From assembly GCA_963837125.1 (NCBI GenBank), contig CAWILW010000002.1, positions 62,812 through 126,811 on the forward strand: DNA of 64,000 nt, written 5' to 3'. The notes beneath the pieces were generated by a model. That model did no database searches and was not told where the DNA came from. It saw nothing but the letters and a program-made list of their open reading frames with translations. Made by a program: the position numbers and the translations under genes. Shown in pieces: positions 36,960 to 46,687 of the stretch. The first letter of the stretch is position 1. Each line of letters starts with the position of its first letter. This stretch comes from an uncultured Acidimicrobiaceae bacterium (GTDB lineage Bacteria > Actinomycetota > Acidimicrobiia > Acidimicrobiales > RAAP-2).

Positions 36960-37044
36960 GGCTGCTCCTCCTCTGGCCGAGCCCACATGATGCCCGATCG
37001 GTCCGCACGGGGACGAGCCCTCGCCCGAGTTCCCGTCGAAACGC

Positions 37045-37476
37045 CTATCCAGCGGCGACGAAGATGCAGAACGGGTGACCTTCGGGGTCGGCGTACACGT
37101 AGAGGCGCTCCTGCGGGTCCTCGGATCGGTCGAGGAGGAGCTGTGCCCCGAGCCGCAGTGCCCGTTCGTGCTGCGCCGCCAGCGCCTGCTCGTGCGGCAC
37201 CGTCAGATCGAGGTGCGCCTGCTGCGGTGTCTCGGTGCCGGGCCACGTGGAGCGCGGCAGCTGGGCCACGTGCTGGAACGCGAGGCGTGGTGTTCCCGAC
37301 GGGTCGGCCAGGACGACGTAGTCCCGGCCCTTCGGGTCGTCCTCCCCGGCCGGCGGCGCCTCGTGACCCGGCGGGTAGTCGTAGCCGAGGAGCTCCCGAT
37401 AGAACTCGGCCAGGCCGCGGGCATCGGTCGCGTCGAGCACGACCGTCTGCAGTGCGGGAAACGCGGGATCGGTCAT
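37045..37476 (-). CDS. VOC (glyoxalase/bleomycin-resistance) family protein
   Basis: It contains [24 protein letters not shown]...HLDL...[13 protein letters not shown] 37476 is preferred; the upstream part of the 241-aa ORF looks non-coding. Confidence 0.75.
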   Translation of the reverse strand: MTDPAFPALQTVVLDATDARGLAEFYRELLGYDYPPGHEAPPAGEDDPKGRDYVVLADPSGTPRLAFQHVAQLPRSTWPGTETPQQAHLDLTVPHEQALAAQHERALRLGAQLLLDRSEDPQERLYVYADPEGHPFCIFVAAG

Positions 37477-37579
37477 GGACGGTGCGGACCCGTCGTCAGG
37501 CGTTGGTTCGAGCGGATGATCACGCATCCTATTGACGACAACCCGTCGCCTCTCCGGAGGCGTTCTATGGTGACCCGCG

Positions 37580-38455
37580 ATGCGATCGGCGTACGTGCAG
37601 ATTCCCGAAGGGTGGGGGCGTCTCGGCGGCCGTGGCCTGGGGCCATTCGTGAGTCGCGAGGTGTTCAGGCGGCCGGACGGAACCCACGTCGCATGGGAGT
37701 CGCGCTGGCACCGCAAGCACCCCGGCGGCGTACTCCCGGGGGACTCCACCTGGTGGGCGCCGCACGCCATGGCGTGGTGGATCGGCGTGCTGTTCGCCCT
37801 GGGATCGATCTGCTTCGCCCTCGGCTCGCTCCCGCCCTACGCAACAGCGGTGGGGACCAACGCGGACGACCTCACCTACTTCATCGGGTCGATCTTCTTC
37901 ACGACCGCGTCCTTCCTGACGTACTACGAGGTGGCCACCGCGCCCACGGAGCTCGGCGCCACGCGCCGCAGCGGTCCCCGGTCGCTCCTCCGGGTCCAGC
38001 ACCACCGGATCGACTGGTGGGCGGCCGTCATCCAGTTCGCCGGCACCCTGTGGTTCAACCGGACGACGTTCAGCGCGCTGGTCGTCGGTCTGGGGGCGTC
38101 GGCGAGCCACCATCCGGTGTGGCGGCCCGACGCGTTCGGGTCGGTGTGCTTCCTGGTCTCGAGCTGGCTGGCCTGGGCCGAGGAGTGTGACGGGCCCTTC
38201 GCCTGGCGCCCGGGTCGAATCACGTGGTGGATCACCTTGCTGAACCTCGTGGGCTCGGTCGCCTTCGGCGTCTCGGCCATCGCCTCCTACGTCGAGCCCA
38301 ACGGCCAGCTCGTGAGCCTGGCGCTCACCAACCTGGGCACCTTCGTCGGCGCCATCTGTTTCCTCGCCGGCGCGGTGCTCCTCCTGCCCGAGCGCACGAC
38401 GGGGAGCCCGACCCCCGAGTCCGAGCCGAGCCAGCCGGTGGCCACGCCTGGCTGA
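37580..38455 (+). CDS. integral membrane protein of unknown function (YrhK-like segments)
   Basis: It has multiple hydrophobic helices and aromatic-rich segments (WWIGVLFALGSICFALGS, FIGSIFFTTASFLTYYE). No enzymatic motif was recognised. Confidence 0.5.
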   Translation: MRSAYVQIPEGWGRLGGRGLGPFVSREVFRRPDGTHVAWESRWHRKHPGGVLPGDSTWWAPHAMAWWIGVLFALGSICFALGSLPPYATAVGTNADDLTYFIGSIFFTTASFLTYYEVATAPTELGATRRSGPRSLLRVQHHRIDWWAAVIQFAGTLWFNRTTFSALVVGLGASASHHPVWRPDAFGSVCFLVSSWLAWAEECDGPFAWRPGRITWWITLLNLVGSVAFGVSAIASYVEPNGQLVSLALTNLGTFVGAICFLAGAVLLLPERTTGSPTPESEPSQPVATPG

Positions 38456-38521
38456 GGGTCTCCAGCTGCGGCTGGTCGAGGGTGCCGGCCGAGGACTCGT
38501 GGTGGCCGTGCGAGGCGCGAC

Positions 38522-38746
38522 TCAGGGCCGCGGCGCCCGGCGCCGGCCCCGCAGGGTGCTGGCCAGGAGGAAGCCGGCCGCCAGGAGGGGCAGCAGGATC
38601 ACCCCGACGATGCGCTCACCGTCGATCAGGAAGGCCAGGGCCACGATGAGGCCGGTGGCGAGGGCGAGCTCGGGCGTGTCGCCGATCGCGAAGTCCCACC
38701 AGAAGTGGCCGAAGGCCTTGAGCCCACGAACCACGAGCGCCATCAC
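38522..38746 (-). CDS. small two-TM membrane protein
   Basis: A 74-aa hydrophobic ORF overlapping the upstream gene by 4 nt, which suggests translational coupling. Confidence 0.45.
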   Translation of the reverse strand: MMALVVRGLKAFGHFWWDFAIGDTPELALATGLIVALAFLIDGERIVGVILLPLLAAGFLLASTLRGRRRAPRP

Positions 38747-39603
38747 GACGCCGGGCTCCCCTCGGGCACCGGTGCCGGCAGCCTCGTCCTCATGTAGGCG
38801 GTGTAGGCCAGCGTGACCACGACGAAGAAGGCGACCAGCACCGGGATGGCCAGGTCGCTCCCGGGCCAGTTGACCCCGGCGCCCTCGCCGACCCAGAAGA
38901 TGCCGAAGCTCGTGAGCATGATGCCCACCGCGGTCTTGATGGTGTTCTCGGGCACCTCGCTGAGCTGGCGGGACACCACCAGGCCGATGCCCGCCACGAT
39001 GATCAGCGCTGCGAATGCGGCCAGAGCCGCCAGCCCGAGGCGGTTCTGCGCCGCCCCCAGGCTGATCACGATGAGCACGACCTCGGTGCCCTCGAGGAAC
39101 ACGCCCTTGAAGGCGACCGCGAAGCCGACGCCGTCACGGCCGGACCTAACCGGTGCGGGCGTGCCGGGCCCGCCAGTTCCGGTGGCACCGGGGGCCACGT
39201 CCGTCACGCCGGCCCCGTCCGTCCCACCGGCCAGGGCGACGGCACCGTCGGTCTCGCTCAGTTCGGCCACGGTCTCGGCGTAAATCTGGTCCTCGTCGTG
39301 CAGGTCCTTGTGCCCGCTGGAGCGCAGGATGGCCTTGCGCAGCCAGGACAGGCCGAGCACCAGCAGGAGCGAGCCGACGACGACGCGCAGGGCATCGATC
39401 GGGACGTAGCGGACCAGCGGGACGCCGACCACGGCGACGAGGACCCCGAGAACCAGCGCCGCCACGGCGGCCCCTTCGAGCGCCGAGCGCCAGCCCCGGC
39501 TCACGCCGGCGGCCACCACGATCGTGAGGGCCTCCACCATCTCCACCGCGCTGGCACCGAACACGGCCAGGACGAGGATGATGGTTGACGTGGAGGAGTG
39601 CAT
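38743..39603 (-). CDS. membrane protein with two internal repeats (COG4280/GDT1-like, tentative)
   Basis: Two hydrophobic halves each contain an acidic motif (AVEMVEALTIV, VFLEGTEVVLIV). They are separated by a Gly/Thr/Ala-rich loop. Confidence 0.55.
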   Translation of the reverse strand: MHSSTSTIILVLAVFGASAVEMVEALTIVVAAGVSRGWRSALEGAAVAALVLGVLVAVVGVPLVRYVPIDALRVVVGSLLLVLGLSWLRKAILRSSGHKDLHDEDQIYAETVAELSETDGAVALAGGTDGAGVTDVAPGATGTGGPGTPAPVRSGRDGVGFAVAFKGVFLEGTEVVLIVISLGAAQNRLGLAALAAFAALIIVAGIGLVVSRQLSEVPENTIKTAVGIMLTSFGIFWVGEGAGVNWPGSDLAIPVLVAFFVVVTLAYTAYMRTRLPAPVPEGSPAS

Positions 39604-39711
39604 CGGGGACCGGCGTCAAATTACTTCGTCGCCGCTCCCATCTCGGCCAGGTCGGTCCGGCGGTAGTGTGCCGGGCACTGACCAGGGACTCTGGTGAAGG
39701 GAGGGTTTGCC

Positions 39712-41103
39712 ATGGCTGCGCGTGCCACCGGTCCGCAGGACCGTCACGGACCTGGTCTGCCGGACCGTCCCGGGCGGAACTACGTCGTCGTCTCGGCGGA
39801 CACCCACGCCTCGCCGGACAGCCTCGACCACTTCTTGTCGTACGTCGACCCCGCGCACCGTGAGGCGGTGGCGGCCTTCGGCGACATGTCCTCGCTGGCC
39901 ATCTCCATGTTCGGCGGGTTCGACCCGGGCGAGGTGGACGAGTCCGACCCGGTGCGGGCGACCGCGGCCCGGCGCCTGGCCGGCATGGGGGTCGACACCG
40001 ACGCGGCCCGCGGCTGGCTGGCCCACTACGGCACCGACTGGGTGGTGCCGGGCGACGGCGATGGCCGGCGCCTCGCCGTCCTGGAAGAGCAGGGGATCCA
40101 CGCCGAGGTGACGCTGCCGGGACCCATCCTGGCCGGCGGGTTGTCGCCCGCCATGTACCTGGGCGCGGCGACCGACAAGGGGCTCGAGGTGGTGTGGCCG
40201 GCCCTGCACGGCTACGTCCGCTGGCTGGCCGACTTCTGCGCCGCCGCGCCGGGACGGCGCGCCGGCTGCATGCCCATCGACTTCCACGACATGGACCGTG
40301 CCGTCGAGGAGGTGGCGTGGGCCCGGGACAACGGCATCTTCGGCGGCGTGATGCTCCCCGCCATGTCGGTGACCTCCCGGCTCCCTGGATACGCGGACGA
40401 CTACTACGAGCCGTTCTGGAGCGCCTGCGAGGAGCACGGGATGGTGGTCAACCTGCACACCGGCGCGTCGGGCTCGGCCACCGACACCAAGTTCCTCTAC
40501 GACGCGGAGCACGGCGGGATGCTCGGCCTCTACGAGGTGTTCGTCTTCACTCGCCGACCGCTGTGGTTCATGATCTTCGGCGGGGTGTTCGACCGCCACC
40601 CCGACCTCAAGGTCGTCGTGACGGAGAACGGGGTGCAGTGGCTGCCGTCGCTCATCCGGGACATGGAGTCGTTCTTCGACACGCACGGCGGCGCGCCCGT
40701 GCGCAGCTACCTCAAGATGCGACCCCGCGACTACTTCGAGAAGCACGTGTTCATGGGCGGGTCGCTCATGAAGCGCTACGAGGCCGAGATGCGGCACGAG
40801 ATCGGCATCGACAAGCTCATGTGGGGCGCGGACTACCCGCACCTGGAGGGCGCGGCGCCCGTCCACCGCGAGACGCTGCGCTACATCTTCGGCGGCCTGC
40901 CCGAAGACGACCTCCGACGCATCCTCGGCGCCAACGCCGTCGGCCTGTGGGGCTTCGACGCCGACCTCCTGCAGGCGGTGGCTGACCGGGTCGGGCCGAC
41001 CGTGGCGGACCTGGCGACGCGACTGGAGCTGGCCGACATCGAGGACACCTTCAGCTGGAGCCTCGCCCGCCCGGTCCCGCTCGCCGCGGCACGGGCTACC
41101 TGA
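39712..41103 (+). CDS. amidohydrolase_2-family metal-dependent hydrolase
   Basis: It has VVVSADTHASPD and WGADYPHLEG motifs. ATG 39712 is preceded by GAAGGGAGGG; the ORF is open from GTG 39694. Confidence 0.8.
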   Translation: MAARATGPQDRHGPGLPDRPGRNYVVVSADTHASPDSLDHFLSYVDPAHREAVAAFGDMSSLAISMFGGFDPGEVDESDPVRATAARRLAGMGVDTDAARGWLAHYGTDWVVPGDGDGRRLAVLEEQGIHAEVTLPGPILAGGLSPAMYLGAATDKGLEVVWPALHGYVRWLADFCAAAPGRRAGCMPIDFHDMDRAVEEVAWARDNGIFGGVMLPAMSVTSRLPGYADDYYEPFWSACEEHGMVVNLHTGASGSATDTKFLYDAEHGGMLGLYEVFVFTRRPLWFMIFGGVFDRHPDLKVVVTENGVQWLPSLIRDMESFFDTHGGAPVRSYLKMRPRDYFEKHVFMGGSLMKRYEAEMRHEIGIDKLMWGADYPHLEGAAPVHRETLRYIFGGLPEDDLRRILGANAVGLWGFDADLLQAVADRVGPTVADLATRLELADIEDTFSWSLARPVPLAAARAT

Positions 41104-41385
41104 ACATCGACCTCCTTTCTCATCTCCATCAATTGGTGGGCGGCCGCCTCGTTGCTGCCGGGATCGGTCCGGCGGCACCGGCGCAGCGGCCTCCATACGA
41201 AGCGGCACCAGATGACAGCGGCCTCAATGAGCAACCTCAACGAGCTGCGGCGTCCACGAGAACGTCACACCGGAGAACGGTCGCGCCGGAGCGCGATGTG
41301 GACCAAGAAATTGTCGCAGCCGGCGAAACTCCCGGCGCCAAGATTCTTCGCGTCGATGTCACACCCGCGTGCTTCCATGCGATGC

Positions 41386-42537
41386 ATGGAGTTGGATGAG
41401 TTCACCGATGCGCTCGGCGCGCTGGTGTCGAGCGGCGCCGAGAACTACGGCGACTGCGCCTCCATCGAGGTGCTCTATGGGTGCTTGTCGCGACTCGAGT
41501 CCTTCGTGACCGAGGCGAGCGCCGCCTTCGAGGTGGGCGAGCAGTGGGCGGCCGACGGCGCCAAGACGGCCTCCGCGTGGATCGCCACGCGCTGTCGAGT
41601 CCCGCGCAGCGTCGCCCGACGCCGGGTGCGCCTCGGGAGGTCCCTGCGTCATCTGCCCCGCTGTGCGGCGGCCTGGCGCGACGGGGCCATCGGGTCCGAC
41701 CAGGCCCGGGCCATCGCCTCGGCCCGGCGCCACCGCACCGAGGCCGCCATGGAGCGCGACGAGGAGATGCTCGTCTCCCAGGCCTCTTCCATGGGTTTCG
41801 AGGACTTCAACCGGGCGCTGAACTACTGGAAGCAGCTCGCCGACCCCGAGGGGGCCGACGACGCCGACGAGGCCCGCCGCGCCGCGCGCAACGTCTACCT
41901 CGAGGAGAGCTTCTCGGGCATGTGGCTGGGTCAGATGACCCTCGACCCCATCTCGGGCTCGATCGTCTCCGGTGAGCTCGACCGCCTCGAGCACGCCCTC
42001 TTCGAGGCCGACTGTGCCGAGGCCACCGAGCGCCTGGGTCGGCGGCCCCGCCTCGACGAGCTCGAGCGCGACTCGGGGCAGCGCCGCGCGGACGCCCTCG
42101 TCGAGATGGCGACGCGCAGCGCCAGCGCACCCGCCGATGGCATCCGGCCCGCGCCGCTGTTCAGCGTCTTCGTCGGCTACGAGACGATCCACGGGCGCAT
42201 CTGCGAGCTCGAGAACGGGTCCGTGCTCGCCCCCAGTGCCCTCGAGCCGTGGATGGACTCGGCCTACTTCGAGCGGGCCATCTTCACCCTGGGCACCCGG
42301 GTCGACGTCAGCGTGCGGGCCCGGCTCTTCACCGGCGGGACGAGGCGGGCCATCGAGTTGCGCGACCGGATGTGCACCCACCCTTATTGCTACGAGCCGG
42401 CCGAGACGTGTGAGGCCGACCACATCGAGCCCTACGCCCTGGGGGGGCCGACCACCCAGGAGAACGGGCGGCTCCTCTGCGGCTTCCACAACCGCTTGCG
42501 TCTCCAGCGCGAGCGACCCCCGCCGGCGGCGGCCTGA
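41386..42537 (+). CDS. DUF222 (13E12-repeat type) HNH endonuclease
   Basis: It has a DUF222-like N-terminal region (GAKTASAWIATRCRV...ARRRVRLGRSL) and a C-terminal HNH motif (CEADHIEPYALGGPTTQENGRLLCGFHNRL). Confidence 0.8.
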   Translation: MELDEFTDALGALVSSGAENYGDCASIEVLYGCLSRLESFVTEASAAFEVGEQWAADGAKTASAWIATRCRVPRSVARRRVRLGRSLRHLPRCAAAWRDGAIGSDQARAIASARRHRTEAAMERDEEMLVSQASSMGFEDFNRALNYWKQLADPEGADDADEARRAARNVYLEESFSGMWLGQMTLDPISGSIVSGELDRLEHALFEADCAEATERLGRRPRLDELERDSGQRRADALVEMATRSASAPADGIRPAPLFSVFVGYETIHGRICELENGSVLAPSALEPWMDSAYFERAIFTLGTRVDVSVRARLFTGGTRRAIELRDRMCTHPYCYEPAETCEADHIEPYALGGPTTQENGRLLCGFHNRLRLQRERPPPAAA

Positions 42538-42598
42538 AGCCGGGCGGGCCTCGCCGATGTCCCTGAACGACTCAAGACGCCGAAGCCGCCTGGATGGC

Positions 42599-43354
42599 TC
42601 ACGTCCCGTCGGCGACCAGTAATCGGTACCCCAGGTCCACCTCGTCGCGCCCCACGAAATCCGTGTGGCGTTGCTGCCACGCCCCGCTGGCCAGGTCCGC
42701 CTCGAGGCGGCCGATGCCCCGCGCGAGCACCGCCGGGTCCGCGAGGGCGAGGCCGGACGCGTTGGCCCGCACCGCAGGGTCGAGATAGGCCTCGGGCCGG
42801 CACCAGTAGGCGCCGAGGACGCCATCTTCCATGTCGCGCGGGACGGGCAAGGCGACCGACGTCGTGGCGCCGATGGCCTCCGCGATCTCGACCGCATCCG
42901 GGGCGCAGCCTCGGACGAAGTCGCCCACCTCCGGCAGGTACTCGTCGAGCAGCCAGAACTGCGAGTGGATCTCGAAGTCGATGGCGAGGACGACCCGGCG
43001 CGGCGCCACCCGGCACAGCTCGGCGAGGCCCCGGCCCGGGTCGTCCCAATGGTGCACGGTCAGGATCGCCAGCGCGACGGCCGCGCCGCCCGACGCCAGC
43101 GGCAGGGCCGAGGCGCCGGCGCGCACGACGGGGGCGGCACCCGCGGGGCGCTGGGACACCATGACCTGCGACGGCTCGATGGCGACGACGGCACAGTGCC
43201 GGGGCTCGTACGAGCCGGCGCCCGCACCCACGTTGACGACCAGGTCGCCGGCCCCGGCGCCGAGATGCGCCGCGACGACGGCAGCCCAGCGGGGGTCGGG
43301 GCGGCGGTGGGCGACGTAGCCCCGACCGATGGTGTCGTAGACGGGCGAGCTCAC
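42599..43354 (-). CDS. class I SAM-dependent methyltransferase
   Basis: It has SAM-binding motif I (VVNVGAGAGSYE) and an overall Methyltransf_11-like layout. Confidence 0.8.
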   Translation of the reverse strand: MSSPVYDTIGRGYVAHRRPDPRWAAVVAAHLGAGAGDLVVNVGAGAGSYEPRHCAVVAIEPSQVMVSQRPAGAAPVVRAGASALPLASGGAAVALAILTVHHWDDPGRGLAELCRVAPRRVVLAIDFEIHSQFWLLDEYLPEVGDFVRGCAPDAVEIAEAIGATTSVALPVPRDMEDGVLGAYWCRPEAYLDPAVRANASGLALADPAVLARGIGRLEADLASGAWQQRHTDFVGRDEVDLGYRLLVADGT

Positions 43355-43376
43355 CGTGTCAGGCCATCGGCGTTCC

Positions 43377-43483
43377 CGGTGCGCCCGGCGCGGTGCGCCC
43401 GGCGTCCGGCGTCCGGCGTCCGTTGCTCGGCTTCCGGCGCCCGGCGTCGTTTGCCCGGTGCCCGGTGCCCGGTGCCTGCCCGG
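43377..43483. repeat. cluster of GC-rich microsatellites (14-mer x2, two different heptamers x3)
   Basis: cggtgcgcccggcg occurs twice (43377-43404). It is followed by tccggcg in about 2.5 copies, or about 3.5 counting the preceding cccggcg (43398-43422). gcccggt occurs three times (43453-43473). Confidence 0.9.
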
Positions 43484-43489
43484 CAGGGG

Positions 43490-44701
43490 TCAGGCCGCCG
43501 ACTTCTCCAGGATGTGGACGCCACAGGCCGAGCCCAGCCCGATGACGTGGGTCAGGCCCACTTTGGCGCCCTCGATCTGGCGGTCGCCGGCCTCGCCCCG
43601 GAGGTGGGTGGCCACCTCCCACACGTTGGCGATGCCGGTGGCGGCGATCGGGTGCCCCTTGGACTCCAGTCCGCCGGAGACGTTGACCGGTGTGGTGCCG
43701 TCGCGCCATGTCGCACCCGACTTGAAGAAGTCAGCGGCGCCACCGCGCTCGCACAGCCCGAGGTTGTCGTAATGCACCAGCTCGGCGGTGGCGAAGCAGT
43801 CGTGCAGCTCCACCAGGTTCAGGTCGGAGGGACCCACACCCGCCTGCTCGTACGCCTGGGCGGCGGCGTTACGCGTCAGGTCGTTGACGTTGGGCAGGAT
43901 CTGGCACGCCTCTTCCCACGGGTCCGTGGTCAGGATGGAGGCCGAGATCTTGACCGCACGCTTCTGCTGTTCCAGCGACAGCGTCTTGAGCTTCGACCCC
44001 GAGACCACCACCGCCGCCGCCGCACCGTCGCAGTTGGCCGAGCACATGGGGCGCGTGTTGGGGTAGGCGATCATGACGTCGTTCATGATCTCGTCGAGCG
44101 ACATCTTCTTCTGGTAGGCCGCCATCGGGTTGAGCGTCGAGTGCGAGTGGTTCTTCTCGCTGATCTGTGCGAACAGCTCGAAGCTGGTGCCGCCGTAGCG
44201 GTGGCCGTACTCCATGCCGATCTGCGCGAAGACGCCCGGCATGATGTCGGTGCCGATGCGGCCGTCGGTCGCCGCGACCGACCCGTAGCGCCCCGAGGGT
44301 GTCCACGTATTGTCGTCGCTCTTGCGGCTGCCGCCGGCCAGCAGCCCGGCGCCGGCCAGCTTCTCCACGCCGAAGGCGAGGCCCATGTCGGTCTCGCCCG
44401 CCTTGATCGCCATGACGGCCACGCGTAGCGCGGTTGCGCCCGTCGCGCAGGCGTTGGACACGTTGTAGACGGGGATCCCGGTCTGGCCGAGCTGCTTCTG
44501 GACGACCTGACCGATCGGCAGCGCTCCGCCCATGAGGTTGCCGGCGCCGATGATGCCCATGTCCTTCATCGTCACTCCGCCGTCGGCCAGTGCGCCCTGG
44601 ACCGCCTGCGAAGCGAGGTCGGTGGTGTCGAGGTCAGGGTGCTTCCCGAACTTCGTCATGTGGATGCCGAGGACCCACACCTCTTCCGATGCTGATGCCA
44701 T
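43490..44701 (-). CDS. thiolase-like lipid-transfer protein (SCP-x-type, non-condensing thiolase family)
   Basis: It has a thiolase fold with the active-site region NVSNACATG and the C-terminal GLESKGHPIAATG. It is paired with an upstream DUF35 gene. Confidence 0.85.
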   Translation of the reverse strand: MASASEEVWVLGIHMTKFGKHPDLDTTDLASQAVQGALADGGVTMKDMGIIGAGNLMGGALPIGQVVQKQLGQTGIPVYNVSNACATGATALRVAVMAIKAGETDMGLAFGVEKLAGAGLLAGGSRKSDDNTWTPSGRYGSVAATDGRIGTDIMPGVFAQIGMEYGHRYGGTSFELFAQISEKNHSHSTLNPMAAYQKKMSLDEIMNDVMIAYPNTRPMCSANCDGAAAAVVVSGSKLKTLSLEQQKRAVKISASILTTDPWEEACQILPNVNDLTRNAAAQAYEQAGVGPSDLNLVELHDCFATAELVHYDNLGLCERGGAADFFKSGATWRDGTTPVNVSGGLESKGHPIAATGIANVWEVATHLRGEAGDRQIEGAKVGLTHVIGLGSACGVHILEKSAA

Positions 44702-44705
44702 CGTC

Positions 44706-45107
44706 CTAACCTCCCAGGGGTTCGAAACCGAAGCCGACTGCCTCGGTGCCGTTGTCGTCGGTGCCGATCACTTCGGTGGCCAGGCGGACCTTCATGCCCA
44801 GCGTCACGTGCTCAGGATCGGGTGTCACGTTGATGAGATTTGCCTTCACGCTGGTGCCGTCGCAGTCGACGACGGCGGCCACGTAGGGCACGGGGATCCC
44901 CGGTGCGGCGAACGACACGATGGTGAAGGCACGCACCTCGCCGTTGCTGGGGACGTCGACCTTCTTGAATTCGGTCGCCTCGCAGGCCGCGCAGGCGTTC
45001 CGGCGGTCGAAGTAGCGCGCCCCGCACGAAGTGCACTCGTTGGCCACCAGGTGGGGGTCGTCGCCCAGGACCAGATAGTCGACCAATGGGATCTGTTGCG
45101 CCATCAC
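44706..45107 (-). CDS. DUF35 OB-fold / Zn-ribbon protein
   Basis: It has a rubredoxin-like CTSCGARYFDRRNACAACE followed by an OB fold. This is the typical partner of SCP-x-type thiolases. Confidence 0.85.
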   Translation of the reverse strand: MMAQQIPLVDYLVLGDDPHLVANECTSCGARYFDRRNACAACEATEFKKVDVPSNGEVRAFTIVSFAAPGIPVPYVAAVVDCDGTSVKANLINVTPDPEHVTLGMKVRLATEVIGTDDNGTEAVGFGFEPLGG

Positions 45108-45223
45108 GCCCCCCTGCTCAGGTGGAGAATCATGTTCTCAGGGTAGCGGGGGTTTCAAAAGACGGGCGAATCGGGCCCACCCGCACCGGTGCAGGCCGGC
45201 GCGCCGGCCGGTAGGTTCGGCGC

Positions 45224-46195
45224 ATGCGCTACACACACCTCGGCCGCACCGGCCTCCGCGTCAGCCGCATCTGCCTGGGCACCATGAATTTCGGGCCCGA
45301 GACGGATGAGCCGACCTCGTTCTCCATCATGGACTCGGCTCTGGAGGCCGGGATCAACTTCTTCGATTCGGCCAACGTCTACGGCCGCTCCAAGGGGCGG
45401 GGCGCGACCGAGGAGATCGTCGGCCGCTGGTTCGCCCAGGGCGGCGGCCGGCGCGAGAAGACCGTCCTGGCCACCAAGCTCTACGGCGACATGGGGGACT
45501 GGCCCAACGAGGGCCGGCTCTCGGCGCTCAACATCCGCCGGGCCTGCGAGGCCAGCCTCCGCCGGCTGCAGACCGACTACATCGACCTCTACCAGATGCA
45601 CCACATCGACCGGCACACGGGCTGGGAGGAGATCTGGGAGGCGATGGAGGTCCTGCGGGCCCAGGGGAAGATCCTGTACGTCGGGTCGTCGAACTTTGCC
45701 GGCTGGCACATCGCCCGGGCGCAGGAGGCGGCGGCGCGCCGTCACTTCATGGGGCTGGTCAGCGAGCAGTCGATCTACAACCTGATCGTGCGCGACATCG
45801 AGCGCGAGACGCTGCCCGCGGCCGAGGCCTACGGCCTCGGCGTCATCCCGTGGTCGCCGCTCCAGGGCGGGCTGCTCGGCGGCGTGGTGCGCAAGGAGCG
45901 CGACGGGAGCCGCCGCTACGCGGGCCGCGCCGCGGAGACGATCGAGGCACGCCGTCCCCAGCTCGAGGCCTACGAAGACCTGTGCGCAGAGGTCGGCGAG
46001 GACCCCGGCACCGTGGGGTTGGCCTGGCTCCTGACCCGGCCGGCGGTGACGGGCCCGATCGTCGGACCGCGGACGCCAGAGCACCTCGACTCGGCGTTGC
46101 GGGCCGTCGACGTGACGCTGGACGACAAGGTCCTGGCGCGCCTCGACGACCTCTTCCCGGGGCACAAGACGGCGCCCGAGGACTACGCCTGGTGA
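45224..46195 (+). CDS. aldo/keto reductase
   Basis: It has the AKR pattern (LGTMNFG, FDSANVYG, IDLYQMH, VGSSNF). Confidence 0.9.
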   Translation: MRYTHLGRTGLRVSRICLGTMNFGPETDEPTSFSIMDSALEAGINFFDSANVYGRSKGRGATEEIVGRWFAQGGGRREKTVLATKLYGDMGDWPNEGRLSALNIRRACEASLRRLQTDYIDLYQMHHIDRHTGWEEIWEAMEVLRAQGKILYVGSSNFAGWHIARAQEAAARRHFMGLVSEQSIYNLIVRDIERETLPAAEAYGLGVIPWSPLQGGLLGGVVRKERDGSRRYAGRAAETIEARRPQLEAYEDLCAEVGEDPGTVGLAWLLTRPAVTGPIVGPRTPEHLDSALRAVDVTLDDKVLARLDDLFPGHKTAPEDYAW

Positions 46196-46207
46196 CACCG
46201 AGCGGGC

Positions 46208-46453
46208 TCAGCCGGTCCAGCTGATGCTGACCGAGGTCCGCTGTCCGACCAGTGCCTCACGCATGGCGCTGGCGAGCCGCTGCTCCAACTGCTCCCGGGC
46301 GGACCGATCCGCCATCTTGGCCCGGATCCGGACGTAGAGGATCTCGCCCCAGCCACGGTTCACCTCGATGGAGCCGATGAGCAGGCCGAGGTGCTCAGAG
46401 GCGACGTCGATGATCGTCCGGTGCACCACTGTGGTCATCTCGCGCTCGCTCAT
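46208..46453 (-). CDS. hypothetical small protein
   Basis: An 81-aa ORF from ATG 46453 with coding-like composition. I recognised no family. Confidence 0.35.
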   Translation of the reverse strand: MSEREMTTVVHRTIIDVASEHLGLLIGSIEVNRGWGEILYVRIRAKMADRSAREQLEQRLASAMREALVGQRTSVSISWTG

Positions 46454-46687
46454 CGAAGCTGTCGCGCCGATTGAGCGGTCTACCTGCATGCACACCTCGA
46501 GCTGCGCGCGGTGCCGTCACTGCGCGCCTGCCTCGATCTTGCGGAACGGACGCCCGGCCCACCAGGGCCGAAGGTCCGATCATGGGTGCCAGGCGACAGT
46601 TTCCCCTACGGCGACGATGGAAATGGGACAAACCCGGGCAATCGAGACCGACTTCGATCGTCGAGGGCAGCGCCAACCTCGAGAGGC

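Noticed and set aside
39616-41208. A 530-aa ORF antisense to the amidohydrolase gene.
   Set aside because: It is a typical high-GC shadow ORF. Its translation is Arg/Gly/Pro/His-rich with no motifs, whereas the plus-strand frame has clear amidohydrolase motifs and a good RBS.
41152-41385. An N-terminal 78-aa extension of the HNH/DUF222 ORF.
   Set aside because: The extension is Arg/Ser/His-rich and has no similarity to the DUF222 N-terminus. The domain-like sequence starts at ATG 41386.
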